From the IMG/VR virus record IMGVR_UViG_3300042016_000026: a stretch of 20,000 bases of DNA; one strand, 5' to 3'. Position 1 is the stretch's first letter; the number at the start of each line of letters is the position of its first letter. Positions 5,280-14,316 of the stretch are shown here, one piece after another. The position numbers and the translations under genes were made by a program. The notes below the pieces were generated by a model, which did not search any database, was not told the DNA's origin, and saw only the letters and a program-made list of their open reading frames with translations. The stretch is from an uncultured virus (IMG/VR IMGVR_UViG_3300042016_000026). Its lineage: Duplodnaviria > Heunggongvirae > Uroviricota > Caudoviricetes > Schitoviridae.

Positions 5280-7909
5280 GCAGCTTCCTTTTCACGAATT
5301 TTGTCCATATGCGCTTTGCACACGGCCTTGATGGTAGGGATGTCGGCGTTAACCGGCAATGTCACTGGGGTAGCCCAGTTCGGGTAGAACAGATCGAGTG
5401 CAGCACCGATCTTGACCGTATCGTGGTGCAATTCAGGCAGTTCCTGCCAAGACATCTCTTCGATCAGCACACGGTTCGCGAACTCCACCACTATCGGATC
5501 ATTTTTGATCAGGATGTAAATGGCGTCGTGAATCAATGCAACTGGTTTGATGTCGTAGCGGAACGGGCTTGCATGGACACGTTTCATGAACGCTGCAGCC
5601 GCACGGTTGTTCAACAGACCATAAGACTGGCCCATTGCGTTGCCTGCGGTACGACCTTCGGCTGCCACCTCTTTCGGGGTGCAATCCAGGCCCAGATAGG
5701 ACCGGCCGAGCATTGGCGTACGTAAACGCAAACCAAAGGCCACAGTGACGTAGCCGTCGCGAGTAGCTTGGTGCAAACGATCCATAATGTACTCGGTGGA
5801 GGCCTTGTACAGTTCGTGGAAGTTCGCTTCGATGCGCTTCGCCTTCTCTTCCGGCCAACCGAGGTTTTTCATCAGCGTGGCGAAGGTTCCCTGATAAGTC
5901 AGGGCGAATGTTGGAGCTTTCGACTCTTGACGCAGTTCCGGGTACTTCTTGGCGATGCTGTTGATCGAATCAACCGAAGTCGGATCGATGTCAGGCATTT
6001 GGTCGCCAAAGTACGCATAAGCCCGCAAGCAGTGACCGTCGTAGCCGTCGATGTACACCTTCAGCTTGTTAGGGTCGCGGGTAGTCAAGGCAGAGATGTA
6101 ATCTTCCAAGCTGTTGAAGTCGGCCCCGGCAAAGATCCATCCGGGTGGCCCCATGAACAGTTCCTTGATCAGCTTGCCGTAAGCAGAGCCAGCGGGCAGG
6201 TTCTGCATGTTTGGGTCGCTGGAAGACAGCCGGCCCGAAACGGTACCGCCGATGTTGAATACGCCATGCAAATAACGCATGCCGTCGGCTTTGAGGATTC
6301 CATTCTCGAATGCAGGCATAAACGCCTGAAGGATCTTGGTCACCGCTGAATAGTCGATCAGAGCCTGTAACAAGGCCAGATACGGCTTCGCTCGTTCGTG
6401 GTCGAGCAACTGCTTGATGATCTTGCCACCAGTAGCCGGCTGCTTGGTCTTGGTCTTCGCGAGGATGGGTAAATCCATCAATTCGTACAGCAGACGCTGT
6501 AATTGCAACGGCGACCCTGGGTTGAACACGGTATCCGCGAATTTCTCCAGCGGGTGCTGTTTAACCTTCAACTTAGCGTTTGCCGCCTCCATCGCCGAGA
6601 CTTGCAGCAGATAGTTCAGCTTCGTCACCATCGGATCATTCTGGATGGTCAGCAAGTATTGCTCTTGCAGCTTCTCCAGTTTTTCCTTGGTTTCGGTGAC
6701 CTTTTTAGGGTTCATCGGCAGACCCACCAACTCGACGTTGATGATCAGCCGCATCGAGTCCTTCATCAGCCCGTTGTACAACTCAAGCTGTTGATCGGCT
6801 ACCACCGTCGGCATGTGCTTGTCGTAGGCATAGTTCGTCGCCATGCAGTCCACTCCGTTGTATCGGAGCAGGTTTGGCAGGTCGATTTTACGGATGTCCT
6901 TAATATCGTCCTGTGCATAGTTTCCGGTGAACTCCTGCGACTGATACTTCAGGCCCAAGGTGTTACCGGAGCAAGAATTGACCGCCAGATAGCTCAGCAC
7001 CTTGGTGCAGTCCAGATTGCGGGTCATGATGTCCAAACCTTCCAGACAGCTCTTGTAATCGAGCGGATCACGCATCCAGAGGTTGTAGATCAGGTGCTTT
7101 ACGTCATAGGTGGCACTGTGGAAGCGTTTGCCCCCCATGTACTGCCGGAGGAAGTCTTTGAGGATCTCACGAACCTCTTTGTTGTCCTTCCGGTAGTGGA
7201 AGTTGCCTTCGTCGTCCTTCTCACCCAGATTGTGCAAGTCGACTGGGAAAGCCACGAAGTCATGCTTGGTCCAGGCCAGTGCGAAGGTCGCAATGCCGGA
7301 ATCATCCAGACGAAGGCTGTAACCCTCAATGTCCATCGCCAAGTGTGGGAACTTGTGCAATTCCAACAGCGCGTTGCGGATTTCGTTGGCCGTCTTCGGG
7401 TAGAACTCCGAATGGATGATCTGATCCCCGGGTGGCACGTAGTTGCCCTTGTACACACTGCACAGTGCGTCCAGACCTTGGTCGAGGTGCGCCTTCTTGT
7501 CCGGTGCGTAAACCAGCACCTGATAATTGACGCCAAGCACGACTTGCATGTGCTCGAAGCCTGGTACCGCACAGGGCAGGGAATAACCGAGGTGAACCTC
7601 TGCCTTCTTCTGCCCGGTGAGGTATTTGAAATAGGTGCCATCGGTGCAATAGATGTATTTCACATGTGCACGCTCCAGCACCTTCAGCAAGTTGGCCGAA
7701 TACGACTTTACCTGTGCCGCCGACACCTTTTTCGCACTTTCGTACGATAGGGTGAAGGCGATACAGTCTTCCTGCGGAATCCCTCGATCTTTCAGCGGTT
7801 GGATGTAGTTCTTGTGGATCAGGGCCTGATCGAACGTGTATTGCTTCATCAGGACGGCCACTGGGTAGTGACCGCTTTCGTTCTTCTGAAAGAAGAGATG
7901 ATGGCGCAT
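5276..7909 (-). CDS. Family A DNA polymerase (N4 gp39-like, 877 aa)
   Basis: Exonuclease DIE; GTVSGRLSSSDPNMQN; motif A DFNSLE; motif B RQESKAPTFALTYQG (Phe at the 762-equivalent position); motif C IHDAI. Confidence 0.97.
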   Translation of the reverse strand: MRHHLFFQKNESGHYPVAVLMKQYTFDQALIHKNYIQPLKDRGIPQEDCIAFTLSYESAKKVSAAQVKSYSANLLKVLERAHVKYIYCTDGTYFKYLTGQKKAEVHLGYSLPCAVPGFEHMQVVLGVNYQVLVYAPDKKAHLDQGLDALCSVYKGNYVPPGDQIIHSEFYPKTANEIRNALLELHKFPHLAMDIEGYSLRLDDSGIATFALAWTKHDFVAFPVDLHNLGEKDDEGNFHYRKDNKEVREILKDFLRQYMGGKRFHSATYDVKHLIYNLWMRDPLDYKSCLEGLDIMTRNLDCTKVLSYLAVNSCSGNTLGLKYQSQEFTGNYAQDDIKDIRKIDLPNLLRYNGVDCMATNYAYDKHMPTVVADQQLELYNGLMKDSMRLIINVELVGLPMNPKKVTETKEKLEKLQEQYLLTIQNDPMVTKLNYLLQVSAMEAANAKLKVKQHPLEKFADTVFNPGSPLQLQRLLYELMDLPILAKTKTKQPATGGKIIKQLLDHERAKPYLALLQALIDYSAVTKILQAFMPAFENGILKADGMRYLHGVFNIGGTVSGRLSSSDPNMQNLPAGSAYGKLIKELFMGPPGWIFAGADFNSLEDYISALTTRDPNKLKVYIDGYDGHCLRAYAYFGDQMPDIDPTSVDSINSIAKKYPELRQESKAPTFALTYQGTFATLMKNLGWPEEKAKRIEANFHELYKASTEYIMDRLHQATRDGYVTVAFGLRLRTPMLGRSYLGLDCTPKEVAAEGRTAGNAMGQSYGLLNNRAAAAFMKRVHASPFRYDIKPVALIHDAIYILIKNDPIVVEFANRVLIEEMSWQELPELHHDTVKIGAALDLFYPNWATPVTLPVNADIPTIKAVCKAHMDKIREKEAA

Positions 7910-8296
7910 TTATTTAGCTCCCCGTCGAAGCCGGGCTTTGGCGTTCTTTACCTGTTGGTTTAAGCGACGTTTGAACTCTGCCAACATGGCAGTGCGTATT
8001 TTGTGAAACATCGCCGGTTCTGTGACGGGATTGGGCAATTCCATCTCGATGTACTCGGAATGTGCGTTCCAGGCGTGAGAATTTATTTCGTAGCGAGACT
8101 GAGGGACATAATTCTCATCGTCTTCCAGCTCTGCAATACAGTTAACAATCCCCAGCGCCAAACGAACTTTGCCCTTTTTATCGATGCAAAAGTTGGTAAG
8201 GAAGCCTTCTTCTTTGTCACGTACTTCAAAATCCACAGAGGAATCGCCAGAGCTATAAAACAGCCTTTCCGTTATGTTGTCAGGGGTATATAGCAC
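7910..8296 (-). CDS. Hypothetical protein (128 aa, GTG start)
   Basis: AAGGAG RBS; abuts both neighbours; visibly more AT-rich than the flanking core genes. Confidence 0.7.
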   Translation of the reverse strand: MLYTPDNITERLFYSSGDSSVDFEVRDKEEGFLTNFCIDKKGKVRLALGIVNCIAELEDDENYVPQSRYEINSHAWNAHSEYIEMELPNPVTEPAMFHKIRTAMLAEFKRRLNQQVKNAKARLRRGAK

Positions 8297-8820
8297 TAGC
8301 TATCTCCTTGGATTAGGTTTGTCATTAAACGCACCTTGAGAGCGTCTAACGACTTTTCTCCGATGCCCATTTCGTGCGCGGCGTCGTCCATGTCAACATC
8401 GGTCAGTTGCAGACCCTCAGTCGCCAGAACTTGCTGGAACGGTGCACGTAGTGCCGTCGGCAAACGCTGAAAGAGAACTTCAGCATCGTCCGACGAATTC
8501 AACCACTTCTGGATGTAGCCGGCCACCAACGGACGTTCCTCACGCTCGATAAAGAGCTGTTCGAATAGAATCTTGTCCATTGCTGGTTTCAGGCTGTCAA
8601 ATAGCTTGGGGATGTTCTGCGGCGGCCTCACATAGCGCGACTGCGTGTGGAACTTGCTGCGATACATGAATCCGAAATATTGGATGCCGACCAGAGCGTC
8701 GTTCTCCGCAATTATCTCGGCAAGCTGTCGCTTGTGACGTTCATCGACTGGCGCATAGACAAATGCCAGTAGCGCGTCACGAACTTTCAGTTTGAACTGT
8801 GCTTTGGCGCGGCGATCCAT
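8296..8820 (-). CDS. Conserved N4-like protein between helicase and polymerase (N4 gp38-like, 174 aa)
   Basis: Start revised to ATG 8820 (TAATG overlap with helicase, GGAGG RBS). Assignment rests on syntenic position and size. Confidence 0.75.
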   Translation of the reverse strand: MDRRAKAQFKLKVRDALLAFVYAPVDERHKRQLAEIIAENDALVGIQYFGFMYRSKFHTQSRYVRPPQNIPKLFDSLKPAMDKILFEQLFIEREERPLVAGYIQKWLNSSDDAEVLFQRLPTALRAPFQQVLATEGLQLTDVDMDDAAHEMGIGEKSLDALKVRLMTNLIQGDS

Positions 8821-10070
8821 TATTTCCTCCGTAAATCTCCGGTCATGATGATTCGGCTCCGGCCCCGGCTCAGTGCCACATACAAGATGCGGGCAAGCTG
8901 CGCCAGTGTTCGGCATTTGGAACAGATGTCGTTCAGGTCCACCATGACGATGTCATAGGTTGAGCCCTGGGACTTGTTGACGGTCTGGGCGAACGATGGG
9001 CGCAGATCGATCCAAGTGTCGAGGATGATCTTCATCGCGCTGTAATCGTCCTCACGGACGGCCTGAGCGTGTGCCTTATCCTTCTGCCCGCGATGCTTGG
9101 GCATGAAATAGTAGCTGCCTTTGCCTCGCAAGAGGATCGAGTAGCCTTCCACGCCATACTCTTTGGTCAGCTCGACTTCTTCGAGGGTGACCTCTTCGTT
9201 GGCGCTGCACTTGCTGCCGTTGTTCTGTACCGCCTCGTTGACCAGCATACGCTGGCCCGGCTGCGGCACGGTGGTACCCAGCACCTTCTTCGATAAGAAG
9301 TTGTTGTACTGGGTGACACAGTTGTTGGTGTAAGCCAGGATCTTCACCTGCTTGTTCGGCTCTTTGGTAAACAGCCGGTAAGCTTCGGCATTGAAGTCCT
9401 CTTGGCTCAGTCGGTCGATAACGCCCGGGGTGAGCGGAAACTTTGACCAGTTGCCTTCCATTACCGCAGCGCGCAGGTTGCCCATGAGCGTTTGCAGAAT
9501 GCCCCCTTCGAAGCGGACCAGATCGGTCAGTTCGATCTCGCAGGCATTCATTTCGAACGCAGGCATGAAATCGTCTTCGATGGGGGTGAGTTGTGCAGGA
9601 TCGCCGATGAACACCAGCTTGCAGCGCTTGGTTTGCTTGAGGATCTTCGCCAACAATTTCTTGTCGACAAAGCTGGCCTCGTCGATGAACACCAACGAGT
9701 TTTCCAACCCGTCGCCGTACTCGGTGAGGTATTTCTCCTTGGTTTTGTAGTCGGTGACCAAACGCAGTTCGCAAGCGCTGTGAATGGTCTTGACCTCCTG
9801 CTTGTAACCGACGGCTAGGGCAAATGCCTCGGCCGCTTGGTTGGTGGTTGCCGTCAGGACAATCTGGGGCGGAACGTACTCCGGGGCACATAGTTTGGCC
9901 ATGGCATCCATTTCTGGAAGATCGGCCAGTAGCCGGCGAACGAGGGTCGTTTTACCGGTACCGCTGTAGCCCTTGAGCACCATCACCGTCTGGTTGGGGT
10001 CAAGGTAGAAGGAGAGGAACGTGTCGTAGCCCCGCTCCTGACTGGGAGTGAGATCAAAAGGGATCGTCAT
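8820..10070 (-). CDS. SF1B Dda/RecD-like DNA helicase (N4 gp37-like)
   Basis: LTPSQ Q-motif, GYSGTGKT, ATTNQAA, TIHS, FIDEASF, FIGDPAQL, TVNKSQGSTY and YVALSR. Start taken at ATG 10070. Confidence 0.95.
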   Translation of the reverse strand: MTIPFDLTPSQERGYDTFLSFYLDPNQTVMVLKGYSGTGKTTLVRRLLADLPEMDAMAKLCAPEYVPPQIVLTATTNQAAEAFALAVGYKQEVKTIHSACELRLVTDYKTKEKYLTEYGDGLENSLVFIDEASFVDKKLLAKILKQTKRCKLVFIGDPAQLTPIEDDFMPAFEMNACEIELTDLVRFEGGILQTLMGNLRAAVMEGNWSKFPLTPGVIDRLSQEDFNAEAYRLFTKEPNKQVKILAYTNNCVTQYNNFLSKKVLGTTVPQPGQRMLVNEAVQNNGSKCSANEEVTLEEVELTKEYGVEGYSILLRGKGSYYFMPKHRGQKDKAHAQAVREDDYSAMKIILDTWIDLRPSFAQTVNKSQGSTYDIVMVDLNDICSKCRTLAQLARILYVALSRGRSRIIMTGDLRRK

Positions 10071-11226
10071 CAACGTCGAACCTGATTGTGGTACCGAAGT
10101 CGCAGTGGAACATGTCCTTGGAATATCCATGGATCATCCACATGACCGGGCACCCGGGGTTGAAGGAAGGATGTGAGTATTCACCATCCGTGAAGACGCA
10201 GAGCGCTGTCGGTTTGTTGAGCTTCGCCCATGCCATCAGCGGTTCGATGTCGGTACCGCCACGTCCACGCAATTCCAGTGCTGCCAGCTCGCGAAGGGTC
10301 TTGAGCCGGTGGACGGACTTGATCTCGCAGGTGAACTGCACCAGGGTTATCTTTTCTGGCTTGAGGTTACGGATTACACCCATCAGCTCACTGACGTAGC
10401 GCTGAATGTCCTTATCGCTGACCGAACTCGACATGTCGAAGGCGAACGCGATATGACCTAGCTTCTTACCCTGTAACCCGGGCATCAGCATCGGATGGAA
10501 CCGACGGTTGAGTTTTTGCCAACTGTAGTTGGATTTGTCGATGGCATTGAAGAACTTGCGCAAATGCGCGGCCATCGGCAGTTTCGGCTTCAGCAGGCTG
10601 TCGAGAAAGACTTGCACGTCGGCCGGGATCGAACCCGCCGCACTACCGCCTTTCATCTTGGCCGCGACCGCTGCCGAGGTGATGTTGGCCTTGACCGCTT
10701 GCTTGACCTCCGAGTCGGACAGACCCGGTTCGGATTCCCCAGGCTTGCGTAGATCGTCCATCGGAAGGCCACCGCTACTGTCCTCGCTTGGGTCTTCCTG
10801 CAACAGCCGGTAGACCTCCAGCGTGTTCATGCCGCGGTATTTCACGTCATGACACCAGTTGGGCAACGGCTCGAAGCCGGCCAGCACAAGGAAGTCGTTG
10901 ATCACGTAGTCCGCGGCACGGTTGAAGCGCATATGGTTCTCGGCCGAGATGTTGTGCGCCTTGGCCAGTTCCATGTGATCGAGTGCCGCGTGCATGGCCT
11001 CGTGGGCAATCAGGGTCGGCCGTTGCTTGCGCGTCAGGCCGAGGAAGAACCCGGTGTTGTAGAAGATCGCCAGCCCGTCGGTAGCTGCCGTCATATTCTG
11101 CGGCGTGTCGTCGATGATCTGTTTCATCATCAGAGCCAGGGTGGTCACGAACGTGGCTGCGGGCATTTGCATCAGGTCCAGACGCGCCTTGGTGACAGCC
11201 TTCCAGAAATCAGTATGTTGTTCCAT
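10054..11226 (-). CDS. Metallopeptidase-VWA domain protein (DUF2201-like, N4 gp25-like)
   Basis: TAATDG, HEAMH (HExxH), NRAADYVIN, MIDAS DMSSS, GRGGTD and VFTDG. Start revised to ATG 11226 with GGAGG RBS. Confidence 0.9.
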   Translation of the reverse strand: MEQHTDFWKAVTKARLDLMQMPAATFVTTLALMMKQIIDDTPQNMTAATDGLAIFYNTGFFLGLTRKQRPTLIAHEAMHAALDHMELAKAHNISAENHMRFNRAADYVINDFLVLAGFEPLPNWCHDVKYRGMNTLEVYRLLQEDPSEDSSGGLPMDDLRKPGESEPGLSDSEVKQAVKANITSAAVAAKMKGGSAAGSIPADVQVFLDSLLKPKLPMAAHLRKFFNAIDKSNYSWQKLNRRFHPMLMPGLQGKKLGHIAFAFDMSSSVSDKDIQRYVSELMGVIRNLKPEKITLVQFTCEIKSVHRLKTLRELAALELRGRGGTDIEPLMAWAKLNKPTALCVFTDGEYSHPSFNPGCPVMWMIHGYSKDMFHCDFGTTIRFDVDDDPF

Positions 11227-11251
11227 TGGTTTGCCTCCAAGGCAGGTATGG

Positions 11252-11746
11252 TTATTGAGAGAGTAGATTGCGCAGTTTGTGCATCTGCCCGTGTGCTTCG
11301 CGATCCTCCCACGACTCTTGGCCGCAGCAGACATGGCAGATGCGAAATCGCATCACATCATCCACTACGGAATCGCCGGGAAGGAATCGGCTGTATACGG
11401 CAGCCAGTTGTGGGTCAGGCACCAAATTGGAGTACATATAGGTACCGTCGTGGCCATAACGCACTTGACCGGCCTGATTAGCCTGCATTGAGTCCTTGAC
11501 CGGGTACGTCGCAAAGTTGAACGAAATACCCGCCGCTTTCAGCTCAGGGCAGACCTTTCCTGCATGGCCGGATACCAGAAGCACTTGCATGTCGCCACAT
11601 AGCCAGATTCTTGGCATTTTGCGAATGTTGAGTGCTTCCAGTACGGCAACGCAGTCGTCGGGTTTGAAACCAATAGCTGTGGTTGACATGATGCCGTAAG
11701 CCCATTTTATGGAGTCAAAAGTGTCATCCGACGAAGTCTTTGGCAT
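11252..11746 (-). CDS. Hypothetical protein (164 aa) between AAA ATPase and VWA genes
   Basis: Fills the gap on the coding strand, overlaps the ATPase end by 23 nt, and has a GAAGG upstream. Confidence 0.65.
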   Translation of the reverse strand: MPKTSSDDTFDSIKWAYGIMSTTAIGFKPDDCVAVLEALNIRKMPRIWLCGDMQVLLVSGHAGKVCPELKAAGISFNFATYPVKDSMQANQAGQVRYGHDGTYMYSNLVPDPQLAAVYSRFLPGDSVVDDVMRFRICHVCCGQESWEDREAHGQMHKLRNLLSQ

Positions 11747-12791
11747 TGGCCTTCATCCACGCGGAAACCGCAGGATTGCCCAACACCGCCATGCCTTGAC
11801 GCCGGGTGATATTGCGCATGGTGACGATTTGGAACTCGGACGGGATACGTTCGATGTATTCCATCATGGTCACCGCGTTGTCCGCTTCAAACCAGTCGCC
11901 GAGGGCACCGGTCAGGGCGTACAACGGACCCGGCTCATGCATGCCCGGTACCGGTGCAGTTTTTGGGTTAGCCAGTACCTCAGACTTCTTCGGCAGGTTG
12001 GCACGCATGCCCGCGAACGCGACGAACTCGGTGGCGATGGCGTTGACGCAGCCAGCAATCGGCACCTGTTTACCCGTTGGATTGCCTTTCCAGACATCCA
12101 GCAGCTTGTTGACGAAGGTCCACGAACGTGGGCACGCAAACGGCTGATCCGGGTTCTTGTTGTCGAAGGTGTAGAACGCTGCAGGACGCCACTCCAGATA
12201 CGAAGTGATCAGGGAACGGATGTTGCCCTTCTGCGCCCAACGCATCCAGTGAGCCATGTCCTCGGTGACCGACAGGTTGATCAGTCGGGAGATCAGGGCC
12301 GTGGACATTGGAACCGTCACCGCCTGGTCGTCGTCGTGGTTACCGGCTGCACAGATGTGAGCCAATGGGTGAAGGTCACGCTGACCGACCTTGCGGTCGA
12401 GGAAGAACTTGTAGCTGGCCGCTTGAACCATCTCCGGGGCGGAGGTGAGCTCATCGCAGAACACCAGCCAGCCGGAATACTGTTGACCAGTTTTCGGGTT
12501 GATGGGCAGTTCGTCGGTGTCCAGCGGGAAGTTTTCGAGCGGGTAGTAACGGGCCACGCCTTTGGCCATGTCCAGCCCGGGGAAGCCGTTCATGTCGGTG
12601 GGGTCGAAGCCGGCGAAGCGGTTGTCGATCAACAGCAGGTTCAGTTCGTCAGCAATCTCGCTGATCACCGCGGATTTGGTGATGCCCGGGCTACCGCGCA
12701 GCATTGGCACGAGGCCCGCCAGCAGGATGTCACGGACGTGTTGAACTGCTTCGCCCATCGGGATTTCGAAGTCTTTGAGCATAGTTGCCAT
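11724..12791 (-). CDS. MoxR-like AAA+ ATPase (N4 gp24-like)
   Basis: Walker A variant GSPGITKS, DPTDMNGFP, Walker B LVFCDE, AAGN sensor, ALISR arginine finger and CPRSW. Paired with the VWA gene. Confidence 0.92.
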   Translation of the reverse strand: MATMLKDFEIPMGEAVQHVRDILLAGLVPMLRGSPGITKSAVISEIADELNLLLIDNRFAGFDPTDMNGFPGLDMAKGVARYYPLENFPLDTDELPINPKTGQQYSGWLVFCDELTSAPEMVQAASYKFFLDRKVGQRDLHPLAHICAAGNHDDDQAVTVPMSTALISRLINLSVTEDMAHWMRWAQKGNIRSLITSYLEWRPAAFYTFDNKNPDQPFACPRSWTFVNKLLDVWKGNPTGKQVPIAGCVNAIATEFVAFAGMRANLPKKSEVLANPKTAPVPGMHEPGPLYALTGALGDWFEADNAVTMMEYIERIPSEFQIVTMRNITRRQGMAVLGNPAVSAWMKANAKDFVG

Positions 12792-12794
12792 GGG

Positions 12795-13019
12795 TTAGTA
12801 CACCTTTGAAAGATAGGAAGGATTTGCCGCGAGCTGCTCTTTGCATTTCTCGCAGGTTATGTTCTGGGGATTGCGGGTTGTATGGGCATGCCACGAACCG
12901 TTGCCACAAATGGGCATGGGTCCGTGGAAGTTGCCATTGCTGCCGGTCTTGCGCTGCATCTCCGCTTCGGTGAGGCCGTAGTGGATATGCCCCAGCGTGC
13001 GCGTGTGCACTTCACTCAT
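12795..13019 (-). CDS. Small putative zinc-binding protein (74 aa)
   Basis: Start revised to ATG 13019 (ATGA overlap). H...PICG...ITCEKC pattern. Confidence 0.7.
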   Translation of the reverse strand: MSEVHTRTLGHIHYGLTEAEMQRKTGSNGNFHGPMPICGNGSWHAHTTRNPQNITCEKCKEQLAANPSYLSKVY

Positions 13020-13183
13020 TTTGGGTTCAGTTCCATGAGGGCGTCGGCGACACTGTCTTGCACTTGCTGAGACTCGTGATGCAGATAGACCCACGCCAAG
13101 GCTTCCGCCTGTTTACGGGTAAGTGGCCAGCACTCTGTGTGCTTCTCGTAAATCGAGGCAGCCACTTCATCGGCTTCAGACAT
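13016..13183 (-). CDS. Small hypothetical protein (55 aa; not in ORF track), paralogue of 3805-3966
   Basis: AGGAGG RBS. MSEADEVAASIYEKHTECWPLTRKQAEALAWVYLHHESQQVQDSVADALMELNPK*; its stop overlaps the next ATG. Confidence 0.8.
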   Translation of the reverse strand: MSEADEVAASIYEKHTECWPLTRKQAEALAWVYLHHESQQVQDSVADALMELNPK

Positions 13184-13463
13184 CGGATACCTCCTGGCTT
13201 AGCAGTTTGAGCAGGGACGAGCTACTTTGAACCAGAGGGGAATACTCCAGTTCGACTCGCTGTTTGGGGAGAATGCGCAGGGTACCGATCTGGAAACCCA
13301 GTTCAGTGCTGGCAAATTCGACGATGTCACCGGGTGCGCCGTAGCACAGGGCTAATTGCACAGCCCGAGGCATGGCAGTGTCCATCCAGTTGTAATAGCG
13401 AACCCAGACCACTTCTTGTTTCTTGCCGCGCAGCAGCGTGGCCACAATACGACGTTGTGTCAT
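13176..13463 (-). CDS. Hypothetical protein (95 aa)
   Basis: Start revised to ATG 13463 with AGGAG RBS: MTQRRIVATLLRGKKQEVVWVRYY... Confidence 0.75.
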   Translation of the reverse strand: MTQRRIVATLLRGKKQEVVWVRYYNWMDTAMPRAVQLALCYGAPGDIVEFASTELGFQIGTLRILPKQRVELEYSPLVQSSSSLLKLLSQEVSDV

Positions 13464-13491
13464 GACAGTTACTCCTGTCTCACAGAATTGA

Positions 13492-14316
13492 TCAGTCGTC
13501 GAACAGGTCGACGGGAGTTGGCAGGGACAAGGCTTTTTTGAAGACTGCCTGCTTCTTCTCGGACTTGAGCGAGCCATTAATGAAGAACTGGTGCAGCAAT
13601 GCGGCAATCTGGCGATAACCGATCGTGTTCAGTTCATAGTTGTCGGTGACCACCTTCTGAACCTCGGCAACGACCTTGTCACGGTCGGCGTCGGTGAACA
13701 GCTTGCAGTAGTCGTCCAGTAATTCACTGGTTTCCACCGCTTGCAGCAGGTCGGCGAGTTTCACCTTGTCCATGCCAAAGATCAGCCCAACACGGCCAAG
13801 CAGTTCGGTTTTTACACCGAACGCACGCAGACGATCCAGATCGAGATCCGGTTCGCCGTTCCAGGCGCCACCGAACACAAACAGGCAGTGGTCGATGGTG
13901 ATGTCCGCATACTGGCCGAAGTTGCCGGTATAGACGCTGGTGGTCTTGCCTTCGAGCACCTTCAGCAGTTCATTCTGAATGCTGGTGGTGGAGTCATCGG
14001 CCAGCTCGCTGTTGTTGTTGCCACGGATGAACAGCTTGTCGAATTCGTCGAGGAACACGACCATCGGGCACATACCGCTTTGTGCAATCGGGGCCAGGGC
14101 TTTCGACAACGAGTTGCCGGACAGGCCTTCTTTGGTGAGCTGTGCACAGTTGATTTCAACCAGCGGAATCATCAGCTCATCGCAGAGATTCGCGACGTTG
14201 TGCGACTTGCCGGAGCCGGATGGCCCGGTCAGGAAGAAGTGCGGACGAATCCGCGCTTGCGAGGTGAAATGGATGTCGAAGACTCGACGCAGTTGTTCGA
14301 TGGTCTGTTTGGACAT
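13492..14316 (-). CDS. ClpX/HslU-like AAA+ ATPase, minimal form (274 aa)
   Basis: GPSGSGKS, INCAQLTKEGLSG, VVFLDEFDK, IQNELLKVLEG, LFVFGGAW and GVKTELLGRV are all collinear with ClpX motifs. Confidence 0.85.
   Translation of the reverse strand: MSKQTIEQLRRVFDIHFTSQARIRPHFFLTGPSGSGKSHNVANLCDELMIPLVEINCAQLTKEGLSGNSLSKALAPIAQSGMCPMVVFLDEFDKLFIRGNNNSELADDSTTSIQNELLKVLEGKTTSVYTGNFGQYADITIDHCLFVFGGAWNGEPDLDLDRLRAFGVKTELLGRVGLIFGMDKVKLADLLQAVETSELLDDYCKLFTDADRDKVVAEVQKVVTDNYELNTIGYRQIAALLHQFFINGSLKSEKKQAVFKKALSLPTPVDLFDD

Noticed and set aside
6503..7750. 415-aa + strand ORF antisense to DNA polymerase (also 5768-6349)
   Set aside because: Shadow ORF in register with the pol codons, caused by codon bias. 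No motifs or RBS.
5276..7909. Intein/intron or split in the DNA polymerase or helicase
   Set aside because: Motif spacing is continuous and the length is ordinary. No intein splice-junction or homing endonuclease motifs seen.
9076..9891. 271-aa alternative-frame ORF inside the helicase
   Set aside because: Arg/Gln-rich off-frame translation typical of GC3-biased genes; no RBS or domain.
11709..12809. 366-aa + strand ORF antisense to the AAA ATPase (also 13741-14547, 10849-11481, 14626-15186, 16977-17639)
   Set aside because: Antisense mirror frames of well-supported genes, with atypical composition.
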